From NCBI GenBank assembly GCA_963845755.1, contig CAWJTV010000038.1, positions 32,001 to 96,000 on the forward strand: DNA of 64,000 nt, read 5' to 3'. Numbering within the stretch: the first letter of the stretch is position 1; the number at the start of each line of letters is the position of its first letter. Below are positions 34,905 to 44,991 of this stretch, piece by piece. The DNA comes from an uncultured Planctomycetota bacterium. Lineage in GTDB: Bacteria; Planctomycetota; Planctomycetia; Isosphaerales; Isosphaeraceae. The translations under genes were made by a program, and so were the position numbers. The notes beneath the pieces were generated by a model. The model did no database searches. It was not told where the DNA came from and saw nothing but the letters and a program-made list of their open reading frames with translations.

Positions 34905-36412
34905 TTAACGGCCAAGTTGAGACTCCGCGATCTCGATCGCCTTGAGCAGTCCCCTGGCCTTGTTGACCGTCTCCTCATATTCGGCGCCGGGTACGCTGTC
35001 GTGGACGACGCCTCCGCCGGCCTGGATATATGCCGTACTCCCCCGGATGACAAGGGTCCGGAGGGCGATGCAGGTGTCCATGTTGCCGGTAAAGTCGATG
35101 TAGCCGACGGCGCCGGCATAAGGGCCGCGCTTGCTGGGCTCGACCTCATCGATGATCTGCATGGCCCGGACCTTGGGGGCGCCGGAGACCGTGCCGGCGG
35201 GGAGTCCGGCGCGGAGTGCATCGAAGGCCGTCTGGTCGGCACGGAGGCGACCGGTGACATTGGAGGTAATGTGCATCACGTGCGAGTACCGTTCGACCTT
35301 CATGACGTCGGTGAGCTGGACGGAGCCGTACTCGGCGACCCGCCCCACATCGTTTCGCCCCAGGTCGACCAGCATGATATGCTCGGCCCGCTCCTTGGGG
35401 TCCGCCACCAGCTCTTCGGCCAGCGCGCGATCCTCGGCCTCGTTGCGTCCTCGCGGCCGGGTCCCCGCCAGCGGCCGGATCGTCACCAGGCCCTCCTCGA
35501 CTCGCACCAGGATCTCCGGTGAGCTGCCGATCAGGGCGAAATCGCCGAACGGGAGGTAGAAGAGGAACGGGCTGGGATTGACCACGCGCAGCACGCGGTA
35601 GATGTCGAACGGCCGCGCCCGGGTCTCCACCTCGAACCGCTGGCTCGGGACGACCTGGAAGATATCGCCGGCCTTGATGTATTCCTGGCAATGCCGGACG
35701 ACCGACTCGTACTGTTCGCGGGTGAAATTGGAGCGGAACGGGAGCGAGACCGGCGTATCGGTGGCGATGTCGCAGACCCCCAGGTCCGGACCGGGAGCGG
35801 CCAGGCGGTCGACCAGCTCGTCGATCCGGTCGCAGGCCGACTGGTAGGCGGCCTTCGGATCCGCCGACGGGCCGACGTGCGCTGCGCGACGACGAGGATC
35901 GTCTTGCGGATGTGGTCGAAGAGGACCATGCGATCGTAGAGCGCGAACGAGAGATCGGGGAGCCCCCGATCGTCGGGGGGGACGTTGGGCAGGTCCTCGG
36001 TGTATCGCACCGCGTCGTAGGACGCATAGCCGACGGCCCCGCCGGCGAACCGGGGGAGCCCCGGGAGGGCAACGGCCCGGAATTGCTCGATGAGCCGCTG
36101 GAGGTCGCCGAACGGGTCGGTCGAGGAGAACCGCCGATCCGCGGGGCCGCCGGCGCCCTCCGCGATCGTGACCTCGGACCCCCGGGCTTCGAACCGGAGG
36201 AACGGCTCGGTCCCCAGGAAGCTGAAGCGGCCGACCTTCTCGCCGCCGATGACGCTCTCGAAGAGGAACGATGGGTCCGCGCGCGCGATCCGGCAGAACG
36301 CGGAGACCGGAGTCAGCCCATCCCCGGTCAACTGTCGGTAGACGGGCACGCACGACACCGAGGGTCCCAGGTACCGGGCGAACTCTTCGTAAGACGGGCG
36401 ATAACGACTCAT
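34905..36412 (-). CDS. trpE: Anthranilate synthase component I (frameshift at about 35880)
   Basis: [75 protein letters not shown]. Confidence 0.96.
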
Positions 36413-36613
36413 CGACGGCCCATTTCCCGCAAGTCCCGCGTGCGAACCGCAATGCATGTACGTTAACACCCCCGATCCCTCGCGACAAGCCCGGCCGCGG
36501 GGGATACGCGGCGGCAGCCCGGCGCCGCGGTCACGCCGGAAATCGTACGATTTATTTGCGTTAAGTCCGGAGCCTTCGCCCGGGACGCCGGATGGCCGCG
36601 TCGTCGCGGTTGC

Positions 36614-36641
36614 TTGACACCCCCGGAGGGAGAATTAGAAT
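36614..36641 (+). promoter_or_regulatory. Putative sigma70 promoter of the mcsA-mcsA-mcsB operon
   Basis: TTGACA-N16-TAGAAT in the divergent intergenic region. Confidence 0.55.
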
Positions 36642-36799
36642 ACCAGGTGAGATTACGCTCGATCGTCAGCCTGTGACCGCAGTCGCAGCACTCCGTCCGG
36701 TCGTTCGCCTCTCGGGATGAGGGATGACGGACCCGAGTGGGACACGCTCGGCGCGGATCGGGATCGGGTGGGACCGGATCGGACCGGCGGAGTCACTCC

Positions 36800-37311
36800 A
36801 TGAAATGCCAGAAATGTGCCAAGCCCGCCACATTTCACATAACGGACATCGTCGAGAAAGGGAAGCATCGTGAGTTCCATTTCTGCGACGAGCATGCGCG
36901 GCAACATCTGGCCCCCCCCGAGGAGGCGCTGGAGACTCCGACGATGAGTGAAATCGCCAAGAAGTTGATCGTCGGCGCCGCGGCGCGCTCCGCGAACCGT
37001 CGCCCGCGGACAAGCAGGTCTGTCCCGTCTGCCAGATCACGTTCCTGGAGTTCCGGAATTCGGGGCGGTTGGGCTGCCCCTACGATTACGAGGTGTTCCG
37101 CGACGAGCTGATGCCGTTGCTGGAGAACATCCACGGGGAGACGCGGCATTCCGGCAAGGTCCCGCGACGCGCACCCCGGAATACCCAGCAGCAGACGACC
37201 TTGATCCAGCTCCGCAACGAGTTGAAGCGGGCCGTCGCGGCGGAGGATTACGAGGCGGCGGCGCGGTTGCGGGATCAGATCAAGGTCATCGAGCAAGAGC
37301 AAGGGCGGTGA
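36800..37311 (+). CDS. mcsA: McsA-like protein with UvrB/C motif (frameshift at about 36985)
   Basis: CQKC..ATFHIT, CDEHA, CPVC, GRLGCPYDY, H.GKVP, AVAAEDYEAAARLRDQI. Confidence 0.88.
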
Positions 37312-37384
37312 CGAACGTGTCGCGATCGTTGGCGCATTCCCCCCGGCCAACAGGTCGGCCGCTCCTTCTCAGGTGGTCGGGTCC

Positions 37385-37879
37385 ATGAGGTGTCAACGGT
37401 GCCAGAAGGAAGCCTCGGTCCACCTGACCGAGCCGATCAACGGTCAACGTCGCGAGCTGCATCTGTGCCAATCTTGTGCCCGAAAGGCGGGTCTCTCCTT
37501 GCCGGAATCTCCACCAAACCTGGCGCTGGACGCGGTCGTTCAGAGCCTGATCGTGGCCAATGTAGGCGAGCTCGTCGGCGAGCTGGCCGAGCTGCAATGC
37601 CCCGATTGCGGGATCAAGTTCATGGAGTTCCGGGCGGGCGGCCGGCTCGGCTGTCCCCAAGACTATCGGGTGTTCTCGGCCGGGCTCCTGCCGCTGGTCC
37701 AGCGATATCATGGCGCCAGCCGGCACGTGGGCAAGATGGCCCGCCGCCGCGAGCAGGCCGGCCTTCGTCTGCGGCTCCGAACTCAGCTCCGCCAGGCGAT
37801 CGCCCGCGAAGATTACGAAGAAGCCGCTCGATTGCGAGACAAGCTCCGCGTCAAGGATCCCACGCATGACTCTCGATGA
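37385..37879 (+). CDS. mcsA: Second McsA-like protein
   Basis: CQRC, LCQSC, CPDC, GRLGCPQDY, HVGK, AIAREDYEEAARLRD. Confidence 0.88.
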   Translation: MRCQRCQKEASVHLTEPINGQRRELHLCQSCARKAGLSLPESPPNLALDAVVQSLIVANVGELVGELAELQCPDCGIKFMEFRAGGRLGCPQDYRVFSAGLLPLVQRYHGASRHVGKMARRREQAGLRLRLRTQLRQAIAREDYEEAARLRDKLRVKDPTHDSR

Positions 37880-38963
37880 CCTCACGAAATCCTCCGGCGA
37901 GTGGCTGCGTGGCATGGGCCCCGAGAGCGACATTGTCATGTGCTCCCGGATCCGGCTGGCGCGCAACCTTGCCGACTTCCCCTTCACCAATCGCGCCAGC
38001 CGCAGCGAAAAGACCGAGATCGAGGCGCATTTCCGCGCCGCGCTTCCGAGCCTCAAGCTCGACCTGAGCTACCTGGACGTCAATGTTATGGGGAAACTCG
38101 ACAATCAGTTCCTGGTCGAGCGCCAGATCATCTCCCGCGAGCTGGCCAACGGCGAGGGCCCGCGGGGCGTGGCGATCAGCAGCCTGGAAAACATCGCAAT
38201 CATGGTCAACGAGGAGGACCATCTCCGCGTCCAGTTCATGCTCTCGGGCTTCCGGCTCCCGGAGGTCTGGGACGCGGTCAACCAGCTCGACGACCGGCTG
38301 GAGGAACAGCTCGCCTATGCCTTCAGCCCCCAGCTCGGCTACCTCACCGCCTGCCCCACCAATGTCGGTACCGGGATTCGCGTCGGCGTCATGCTCCACC
38401 TGCCCGGCCTGGTCCAGACCAAGCAGATCGACAAGGTCTTCCGCGCCCTCCAGAAGATCAACCTCGCCGTCCGCGGCCTCTACGGCGAGGGGAGCCAGGC
38501 CTCGGGCGACTTCTACCAGATCTCCAATCAGCAGACCCTGGGCAAGAGCGAGCCGGAATTGATCAAAATCCTCACCGACGTGGTCCCGCAGGTACTACAC
38601 TATGAGCGGGCGGCGCGCCAGACCTTGCTCACCGAGCGGAGGCAGCACCTCCACGACCAGGTCAGCCGGGCCTATGGCGTCCTCAAGACGGCCCAGACGA
38701 TCTCCAGCGAGGAGACGATGCTCTTATTGTCCAGCGTCCGGATGGGGATCAACCTGGGACTGATCGACGACCTGTCGATCGCCACGGTGAACGAGCTGTT
38801 CATCCAGACCCAGCCGGCGTTCCTGCAGAAGCTCCGCGGCTCCGAACTCGGCGTCGAGGAGCGCAACGTCGCTCGGGCTACTTACCTGCGAAGCCGGTTA
38901 TCCAACGGGCGACAAACACCGCGACCAGGCGGAAGGATGAAGGATTCATCATCGGAAGGCTGA
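37866..38963 (+). CDS. mcsB: Protein arginine kinase
   Basis: SRIRLARNL, MVNEEDHLR, GYLTACPTNVGTG, VRGLYGEGS, YQISNQ. Confidence 0.95.
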   Translation: MTLDDLTKSSGEWLRGMGPESDIVMCSRIRLARNLADFPFTNRASRSEKTEIEAHFRAALPSLKLDLSYLDVNVMGKLDNQFLVERQIISRELANGEGPRGVAISSLENIAIMVNEEDHLRVQFMLSGFRLPEVWDAVNQLDDRLEEQLAYAFSPQLGYLTACPTNVGTGIRVGVMLHLPGLVQTKQIDKVFRALQKINLAVRGLYGEGSQASGDFYQISNQQTLGKSEPELIKILTDVVPQVLHYERAARQTLLTERRQHLHDQVSRAYGVLKTAQTISSEETMLLLSSVRMGINLGLIDDLSIATVNELFIQTQPAFLQKLRGSELGVEERNVARATYLRSRLSNGRQTPRPGGRMKDSSSEG

Positions 38964-39527
38964 AGGATGAGTCAGAAAGGGCTTCGGCAGAAGGCTGAAG
39001 AGACGATATGTATGGACCTGAAGGAGAGGACGAAACAGTTTGCTTTGCGAATCATCCGATTGTATGTCGCTCTACCGAAGACGACAGAGACCCAGGTTCT
39101 TGGGAAGCAAGTACTTCGATCGGGAACATCGGTCGGAGCCCATTATCGAGTGGCTTCGCGGGGCCGGTCGGTGGCGGAATTCGTAAGTAAGATCCAGACT
39201 GGTCTGCAAGAGTTGGAGGGAACGGCCTACTAGTTGGAACTCCTGATCGAGGCGGACATTATTCCCGCCAAACGTCTCGAAGAACTGTGCAAGGAAGCCG
39301 ACGAACTCACCGCGATCCTGACCACCTGCGTCAAGGACGCCAAGTACAAGGCTTCATCTTCACCGGAAGGCTGAGGGCTGAAGGCTGAAGGAGGAGTCAG
39401 AAAAGGCCTCGGAAGAATGCTGAATCAAAGCAGGCTGATCCGTCTGTGTTGCTTCGACTCATCCTTCAGTCTTCATCCTTTATCCTTGTGAACTGACTCA
39501 TCCTTCATCCTTCATCCTCCATCCTTC
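38931..39527. repeat. Inverted heptamer-repeat arms (GAAGG[A/C]T)n and (ATCCTTC)n framing the four-helix-bundle gene
   Basis: Left arm 38931-39000 (GAAGGCTGAAGGATGAGTCAG); further copies at 39365-39400; right arm 39455-39527 (CTGACTCATCCTTCATCCTTC). Confidence 0.8.
39012..39374 (+). pseudogene. Four-helix-bundle protein (23S rRNA IVS / TIGR02436-like) with an internal TAG at 39231
   Basis: MDLKERTKQFALRIIRL..QVLRSGTSVGAHYR..FVSKI..ELEGTAY*LELL..EADELTAIL; TAG sits where the family normally has Trp (YWLELL). Confidence 0.85.
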
Positions 39528-39531
39528 GAAA

Positions 39532-40265
39532 ATGTCGCAGTTCAGCTTCGAGATCGACCCGCTCAAGGTACTTGGCGTGACGGCCGAGGCGTCGCTGGAG
39601 CAGATCCGCGACGCCTACCGCCAGAAGGCCAAGAAGTACCACCCGGACGCCGGCGGAGAAGACTGGGCGTTCCGCATCCTCAGCCAGTCGTACGAGGTGC
39701 TCTGCTCGGCGCGAGTCGTCCGCGCCGCTCATTTCGAGTCGCCCGCACCCGCCGCGCGGCCGACGTCGAGGCCCACACCGAGGCCCCGCACCGAGCCCAG
39801 CGCCGAGACGGTCCACGCGGGCATCCACGATAAGGACGTGGACCCGAGTCGGATCGTGGCCGTCGAACACCTGTGCGTCCGATATCTCTGGGACGATGCC
39901 AGCTACCTCTGGCTCGGCCATGCGGTTCCCGACGATCAGCGGTTCCTGAGCTGTAGCTTGAATCTCAGTTGGCCCGACGCGGCCCGGCCGGACCGCGATC
40001 GTCCGATCCCCGACGCCGCGCGCATCCTGGCAGGCCTGGGCGAAATCTTCGATTCCGTGATTCTCGCGACCCGTGTGATCAGCTCGCGTTCGCGCATCGA
40101 GGACGAGCGGTTCTCCGGCTGGCTGAGCTACTCCAGTTTCGACCGCTCCTGGAAGGCGCTCCAGTCCCTGCACGGCGCACTCCGGCGCGCGGCCTGGGGC
40201 TGCGCCACTGGTCGCGTGACCTGTTCCTCCCCCGGGCCTGGCAGTTCGACCGGTCGGAGGTTTAG
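39532..40265 (+). CDS. J-domain (DnaJ-like) protein (frameshift at about 40190)
   Basis: DPLKVLGV..IRDAYRQKAKKYHPDAGG..F..L..SYEVL; the C-terminus probably ends RDLFLPRAWQFDRSEV at 40265. Confidence 0.8.
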
Positions 40266-40317
40266 CCTCGTCGATCTTCGATGGACCGGCATCAAGGGAA
40301 AGCCTTCGACATTCATC

Positions 40318-40346
40318 TTGACAGGCCTCATGATCGACCGTACAGT
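40318..40346 (+). promoter_or_regulatory. Putative sigma70 promoter of the VOC gene
   Basis: TTGACA-N17-TACAGT, about 55 nt upstream of the ATG at 40400, which has an AGGAGG RBS. Confidence 0.5.
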
Positions 40347-40399
40347 ACGGCGCATTTGCGGCGACTCTGTACAAATCATCAGATTCAGGAGGGAAGGCG

Positions 40400-40798
40400 A
40401 TGGATCATACGGTTTGCCATTTTGAGATCCCTGCCGAGCAGCCGAAGCGGGCCGCGGAGTTCTATCAGGGGCTTTTCGATTGGAACATCCGCGCGTGGGA
40501 CAGTGCAGACAACAAGGCGGAGATCATGATGATCTCGACGGTGCCGACCGACGAGACGGGCCGGCCGGCCAGGCCGGGCGTCAACGGGATGATCATGAAG
40601 CGGCAGCATCCCCAGCAGCCATTCGCCAACTACATCAGCGTCGAAAGCGTAGATGAGTACGGGGCCAAGGTCGAAGCCCTGGGAGGGCAGGTGGTCATGC
40701 CCAAGACCCCGGTACCGGGGATGGGCTGGTTCCTCTACTTCAAGGACCCTGAGGGGAATATTCTCGCTCTCTGGCAGCACGACCCGGCCGCGGCCTGA
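40400..40798 (+). CDS. VOC/glyoxalase family protein
   Basis: VCHFEIPA..RAAEFYQGLFDW..GVNG..GMGWFLYFKDPEGN. Confidence 0.92.
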   Translation: MDHTVCHFEIPAEQPKRAAEFYQGLFDWNIRAWDSADNKAEIMMISTVPTDETGRPARPGVNGMIMKRQHPQQPFANYISVESVDEYGAKVEALGGQVVMPKTPVPGMGWFLYFKDPEGNILALWQHDPAAA

Positions 40799-40821
40799 CC
40801 CGGCTGAGCTGTGACGCTCAG

Positions 40822-40880
40822 CCAATCCCCGATCGGGATTCTCGGAAATCTGGTATCGGGAATCCGGAATCCGGCAACTC
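40822..40880. repeat. Heptamer (GGAATCY)-type repeat or hairpin
   Basis: AATCCCGATCGGGATT, then GAAATCT GGTATCG GGAATCC GGAATCC; similar tracts at about 45040-45123 and 54065-54152. Confidence 0.55.
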
Positions 40881-40912
40881 CCCGCCGGGTTCCGGCGATT
40901 GGGCTTCCGGCC

Positions 40913-41443
40913 TCACGACGATCCCCAAGCGTCGGTGGCCTCGAGCTTCGAAACGATCACGGCAATCAGCTCCTCCGGGACGAATTGCTTGAGCGCCTCG
41001 ATGCCCCCGTAGCGCACGACCTGCTTGATCAGCGAGCTGGAGACGTGCTGGTACTCGGCGTCGGCCATGAGGAAGACGGTCTCGATCGACGGGTCGAGCC
41101 GTTGATTGGTCAGGGTCATGCCGAACTCGTACTCCATGTCGGAGAGTGTGCGGAGCCCGCGGAGGATGACCTGTGCACCGATCCGGCGCACGTACTGGAC
41201 GGTCAGCCGTTCGAATGCCTCGACCGAGACATTGGGAAAGCGGCTGACGACCAGCCGGGCCATCTCAACCCGCTCCTCCACGCTGAAGAGTGACATCTTG
41301 TTCGGATTGACGCCGATGCCCACGACGACATGCTCGAAGAGCAGCCGACCGCGACGGATGATGTCCAGATGGCCGAGCGTGATCGGGTCGAACGTGCCGG
41401 TGAAGACCGCCGTGCGATAGGGATCCGTCGTGTGGGGAATCAT
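40913..41443 (-). CDS. coaD: Phosphopantetheine adenylyltransferase
   Basis: AVFTGTFDPITLGHLDII, ILRGLR..DMEYE, VSSSLIK. Confidence 0.97.
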   Translation of the reverse strand: MIPHTTDPYRTAVFTGTFDPITLGHLDIIRRGRLLFEHVVVGIGVNPNKMSLFSVEERVEMARLVVSRFPNVSVEAFERLTVQYVRRIGAQVILRGLRTLSDMEYEFGMTLTNQRLDPSIETVFLMADAEYQHVSSSLIKQVVRYGGIEALKQFVPEELIAVIVSKLEATDAWGSS

Positions 41444-41456
41444 CGTCGCTTCGCTC

Positions 41457-41529
41457 CAGTTTTCCGTTCTCAGTGTTCAGTTTTCAGCATGAAAACGTTG
41501 ACGTGGTGAACATCAAACCGTGAGAACTG
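41457..41529. repeat. Heptamer (CAGTTTT)-type inverted repeat
   Basis: CAGTTTT CCGTTCT CAGTGTT CAGTTTT CAG, followed by the degenerate complements TGAAAAC, TGAACA, TGAGAACTG. Confidence 0.55.
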
Positions 41530-41545
41530 CATCGGCCCGGCTGCT

Positions 41546-42700
41546 TCACCGGAGGCTTTCCAGTCCCACTCGGAGCCGGTCGAGATCGTCCTGGTTGTTA
41601 TAGACGTGCGGGCTGATCCGCAGCCGCCCCCGGCGGCATGCCGCGACGACGCCGTGATCTCGGCGGAGCTCGATCGCCGCGGCGGCCGGGTCGACGCCGT
41701 CGCGTTCGAGGACCACGATGGCCGAGCGGTCCACGTCGCGCGGGGAGCCGTACACGGTCCATCCTGCCGAGGCGGCCAGGTCGCGGACGGCCTCGGCCCG
41801 CTCGACGATCCGCTGTGAGACCGCGTCGAGCCCCCATTCGTGGAACAAGTCCACGCTGGCGCCGAACGTCAGCAGGCCCGGCATGTTGAACGAGCCGCCT
41901 TCCCAGCGCTGGGCGTTCGGCTTGAACGTGAGCTCGATCCGTGGTGCGTTGTACGAACCGACGACGCTGTGCCAGCCGACGCCGAGCGTCCGGAGCCGGT
42001 CGATCCAGTCCCGCCGGATGAAGAGGAATCCCGCGCCTTCGGGACCGAGCAGCCATTTGTGACCGTCGGCGGCCAGGAAGTCGATTGGCGTCCGGCGCAC
42101 GTCGATGCGATGTGGGCCGAGCCCCTGGATCGCGTCGACGAACAGGGCAATCCCCCGGGCCTGGCACAGATCCGCCAGCGCATCCAGGTCGTTGCGGAAC
42201 CCGGTGGCGAACTCCACGTGGCTGATGGCCAGGACCCGAGTCGAGCGATCGAAGGCCGCTTCCAGATCCTCGAGCCGGATCCGGCCGTCGCGGCTGGGCA
42301 CCTGTCGCAATGTGACGCCCCGGCTCGCCAGGTTCATCCAGGGCAATAGGTTCGACGAGTATTCGTCGGCGGGCGCCACGACGTTGTCGCCGTCACGCCA
42401 GGGATAGCCCTCGGCGATCAGGCCGATGCCGTGGGTCGTGCTGTTGATGAAGGCGATCTCGTCGCGATCGGCGCGGATCAGGGCGGCGACCTGGTCGCGG
42501 ATCGCCTCGAGTCTCCGCTCGTTCTCCGCCCAGCCGACGATGCCCTGATCCTCCTGAGTGCGGCCCCATTCCCGCAGGACTTCCCCGGACCTCCGGGGCA
42601 AGGGAGCGATGGCGGCATGGTCGAAATACGCCCAGTTCCGCGTGACCGGGAACTGCGTGTTTCGCACGAAGTCCCAGTCGATTCCCGGGGAGCCGTCCAC
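41546..42700 (-). CDS. Class V PLP-dependent aminotransferase (cysteine desulfurase-like)
   Basis: YFDHAAIAP, NSTTHGI, FVDAIQGLG, ADGHKWLLGPEGAG, LRISPHVYN. Confidence 0.92.
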   Translation of the reverse strand: MDGSPGIDWDFVRNTQFPVTRNWAYFDHAAIAPLPRRSGEVLREWGRTQEDQGIVGWAENERRLEAIRDQVAALIRADRDEIAFINSTTHGIGLIAEGYPWRDGDNVVAPADEYSSNLLPWMNLASRGVTLRQVPSRDGRIRLEDLEAAFDRSTRVLAISHVEFATGFRNDLDALADLCQARGIALFVDAIQGLGPHRIDVRRTPIDFLAADGHKWLLGPEGAGFLFIRRDWIDRLRTLGVGWHSVVGSYNAPRIELTFKPNAQRWEGGSFNMPGLLTFGASVDLFHEWGLDAVSQRIVERAEAVRDLAASAGWTVYGSPRDVDRSAIVVLERDGVDPAAAAIELRRDHGVVAACRRGRLRISPHVYNNQDDLDRLRVGLESLR

Positions 42701-42730
42701 GGGCAGGGTCTCCTGATCCCGAGAAGCGGC

Positions 42731-42952
42731 TCAGCGACGTGCCGACTTGCCCACGACGAACAGGGCGAGCAACACCAGGGTGATGGTACCCAGGTAGCCG
42801 TCCAGCGGCCGGCCCTCGCTCTTCTCGGCACCCTCGGCGGGGGCCGGCTCCTGGGCACGGACGGTGGTGGTCATCGTCGGAGTCAGGGCCAGTCCGAGGG
42901 CCAGGAGCACCGGGGCCATCCGGCGGGCGAATCGGTTCCAGATGCAGGTCAT
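42731..42952 (-). CDS. Small membrane protein (signal peptide plus C-terminal TM)
   Basis: Signal-like N-terminus ending VRA|Q; C-terminal YLGTITLVLLALFVVGKSARR; the start overlaps the upstream stop. Confidence 0.65.
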   Translation of the reverse strand: MTCIWNRFARRMAPVLLALGLALTPTMTTTVRAQEPAPAEGAEKSEGRPLDGYLGTITLVLLALFVVGKSARR

Positions 42953-43509
42953 TTTTCGCGTTCCTTGACGGGGGTCGGTCGTCGGGAAGAATCGAAGCTC
43001 ATCGGCAGCCATTCTCGCAGGGGCCGCACGCGGCGCCGGAAGGCGCGACGGGCCATCGCGACCGCTTTCCAGGCCGGCCCTCGCGAGCGGAGATGGGCGA
43101 TATAGTCGTCGAGTCCGACCGCCCAGAATCGGTACTCGCGGCCGCGGAATTCATAGGCCCCATTGTCCCGAGGCAAGGGAAACGGCTGGATCGGCTCGGC
43201 ATAGGCGAACGCCAGGACCGCCCGGAATCCGGGCCCGAAGATCGCTTGCCAGCGCATCAGGGCATCCAGGTCGTCGGTCGTCACCCAGTTCTCCCAGTCG
43301 CGACGGCCGCGACGGTTCTTGCTCCGTTTGCCTTTGACCTCGACCACGAGGTTAGTCCCGAACTGGGGATACAGCAAGAAGTCGGGATTCTTCAAGCCCT
43401 CTTCGCCGAAGATCGCACGCTTGGCCTCGTTGACGGCCACGCAGGGGACGCGGAGCGATCGGATGAACGCCTCGAAGGCCGCCTCGTAGTGGTTGGATCG
43501 ATTGGCCAT
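42949..43509 (-). CDS. HYExAFE family protein (PD-(D/E)XK-like)
   Basis: NHYEAAFE, PDFLL..VVEVKG, WENWVT.DD. Confidence 0.85.
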   Translation of the reverse strand: MANRSNHYEAAFEAFIRSLRVPCVAVNEAKRAIFGEEGLKNPDFLLYPQFGTNLVVEVKGKRSKNRRGRRDWENWVTTDDLDALMRWQAIFGPGFRAVLAFAYAEPIQPFPLPRDNGAYEFRGREYRFWAVGLDDYIAHLRSRGPAWKAVAMARRAFRRRVRPLREWLPMSFDSSRRPTPVKEREK

Positions 43510-43612
43510 GACCGTCGTGATCCGCGATCACCCTCGTCGTTCGGGCCACGGGACCCGGGTGTCGTGCCAGTTCCCGCCTGTCCACTCAATCTTCCGACTT
43601 CCGGCCCGAGCG

Positions 43613-44086
43613 TCAATGCTCTACCGGCGATTTCGAGCCGTTCAGGGTCACGATCGGCAGCGTCGGGCCCCGGGTCTTCCGTCGGCGCCTGGGCGGAAGC
43701 ACAGCCTCGGCATACTCCCAGATCTGCTCGGGGGTCTCGAAGATTTTTTCGAACGCCCATTCGTCATCGTATTCGCAGTTCGCCGTCGTGTAGTCGTGGC
43801 AGATCTTGGGCCGGTTGAGATAGATCCCGCAACGGTCGTCGGCGGTCAGGTACTGGCATCGCGTCATCACGAGGAGATACCACTGGCTTTTCTCCACGTA
43901 GATCATCGTCCGGCCATGGGCCAGGTACCATCGGATCGAGTCGTAGTCGTCCCAGGTCGTCGGATTATCGATCGGCAGGGAGAAATAGCGGCAGCACTTC
44001 CCGGTGCAGTGGTCGCAGAGGCATTCGCCGGGCTTGAGCTGATCGCGACGGGGCTTGGTCTTCTTCGACGGGCGTTTCGTTCTCAC
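43613..44086 (-). CDS. YkgJ-family cysteine cluster protein
   Basis: CDHCTGKCCRY, CQYL..CGIYLNRPKICHDY; the GTG start overlaps the upstream stop. Confidence 0.88.
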   Translation of the reverse strand: MRTKRPSKKTKPRRDQLKPGECLCDHCTGKCCRYFSLPIDNPTTWDDYDSIRWYLAHGRTMIYVEKSQWYLLVMTRCQYLTADDRCGIYLNRPKICHDYTTANCEYDDEWAFEKIFETPEQIWEYAEAVLPPRRRRKTRGPTLPIVTLNGSKSPVEH

Positions 44087-44991
44087 GGGCGAGCTCCGGT
44101 TGGGTCGGGCGGGTTCGGGTCTTGGTACGGCAAGCACGCGGTGGCGAGCGCATTCACATGCGCGGCGGTGGTGCCACAGCAGCCGCCGATCAGGCGGACG
44201 TTCCATGCGACGAGCCGGGGCACTGCTGCGGCGAACGCGGCCGGGACCGAGCTCGAGTGCGGATCGCCCAGGCCGGCTGCGCTGGGTTTGACCAGGAGGG
44301 GGCACGCGCCGACCCGATCGAGACGCCGGGCGAACGCGAGGGTCGTCGCGAGTGGCTGACAATTGATGCCGATGGCCGTGACGCCCAGGTCCAGGAGCCG
44401 CTGCACGGCGGGCTCGGGCGGGTCCGGCCACTGCCACAGGCTGGCGAGGATTGGGACGGGCGTCACCAGCGCCGCCCGGACTTCCTGGAGTACCTGGAAC
44501 AAGGGCTCGGCGCGATAGGTCTCGAAAACGAGGGCATCCACTCCGGAATCGACCAGGAGCGTCGCCTGTCCGGCCGCCGCGCCGGCTTCCTGGGCCGCGG
44601 TCGGGCCGATGTCGCCGACAACGAAACCCTCCGGGCCGATGGCTCCCCGCGCCAGTGCGACCGCCCGGCCATTGATCGCCGCGACGGCCTCCGCTCGTCC
44701 GAAGTTCGCCAGCCAGGACCGATTAGCGCCGAAGGTGTTGGTGAACAGGACCTGGGAGCCTGCGGCCACATCGCGTTCGTGCAGGTCGAGAACCTCCGAC
44801 GGATGCGTCAGATTCCAGAGGCAGGGATCATCGGACCTGAGGTCCAGGCCGCGGTCGCGAAGCCGCGTCCCCATCGCCGCATCGAGCACCAGCGGCCCGC
44901 GATTCCACGCGGAGACCAAACCCCCGAAGGCTCCCCGGTTCGTTGGGATTGGCCGAACTGCCAGGGTGGCGCGCCGCTCGGAATCGCCCAT
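44083..44991 (-). CDS. Homocysteine S-methyltransferase family protein
   Basis: LDAAMGT, TNTFGAN, GDIGP, FET, GINC, IGGCCGTT. Confidence 0.9.
   Translation of the reverse strand: MGDSERRATLAVRPIPTNRGAFGGLVSAWNRGPLVLDAAMGTRLRDRGLDLRSDDPCLWNLTHPSEVLDLHERDVAAGSQVLFTNTFGANRSWLANFGRAEAVAAINGRAVALARGAIGPEGFVVGDIGPTAAQEAGAAAGQATLLVDSGVDALVFETYRAEPLFQVLQEVRAALVTPVPILASLWQWPDPPEPAVQRLLDLGVTAIGINCQPLATTLAFARRLDRVGACPLLVKPSAAGLGDPHSSSVPAAFAAAVPRLVAWNVRLIGGCCGTTAAHVNALATACLPYQDPNPPDPTGARP

Noticed and set aside
38967..39374. Diversity-generating retroelement (Avd-like gene) or amber recoding
   Set aside because: No reverse transcriptase or TR/VR pair was seen, and TAG serves as a normal stop in other genes of the window.
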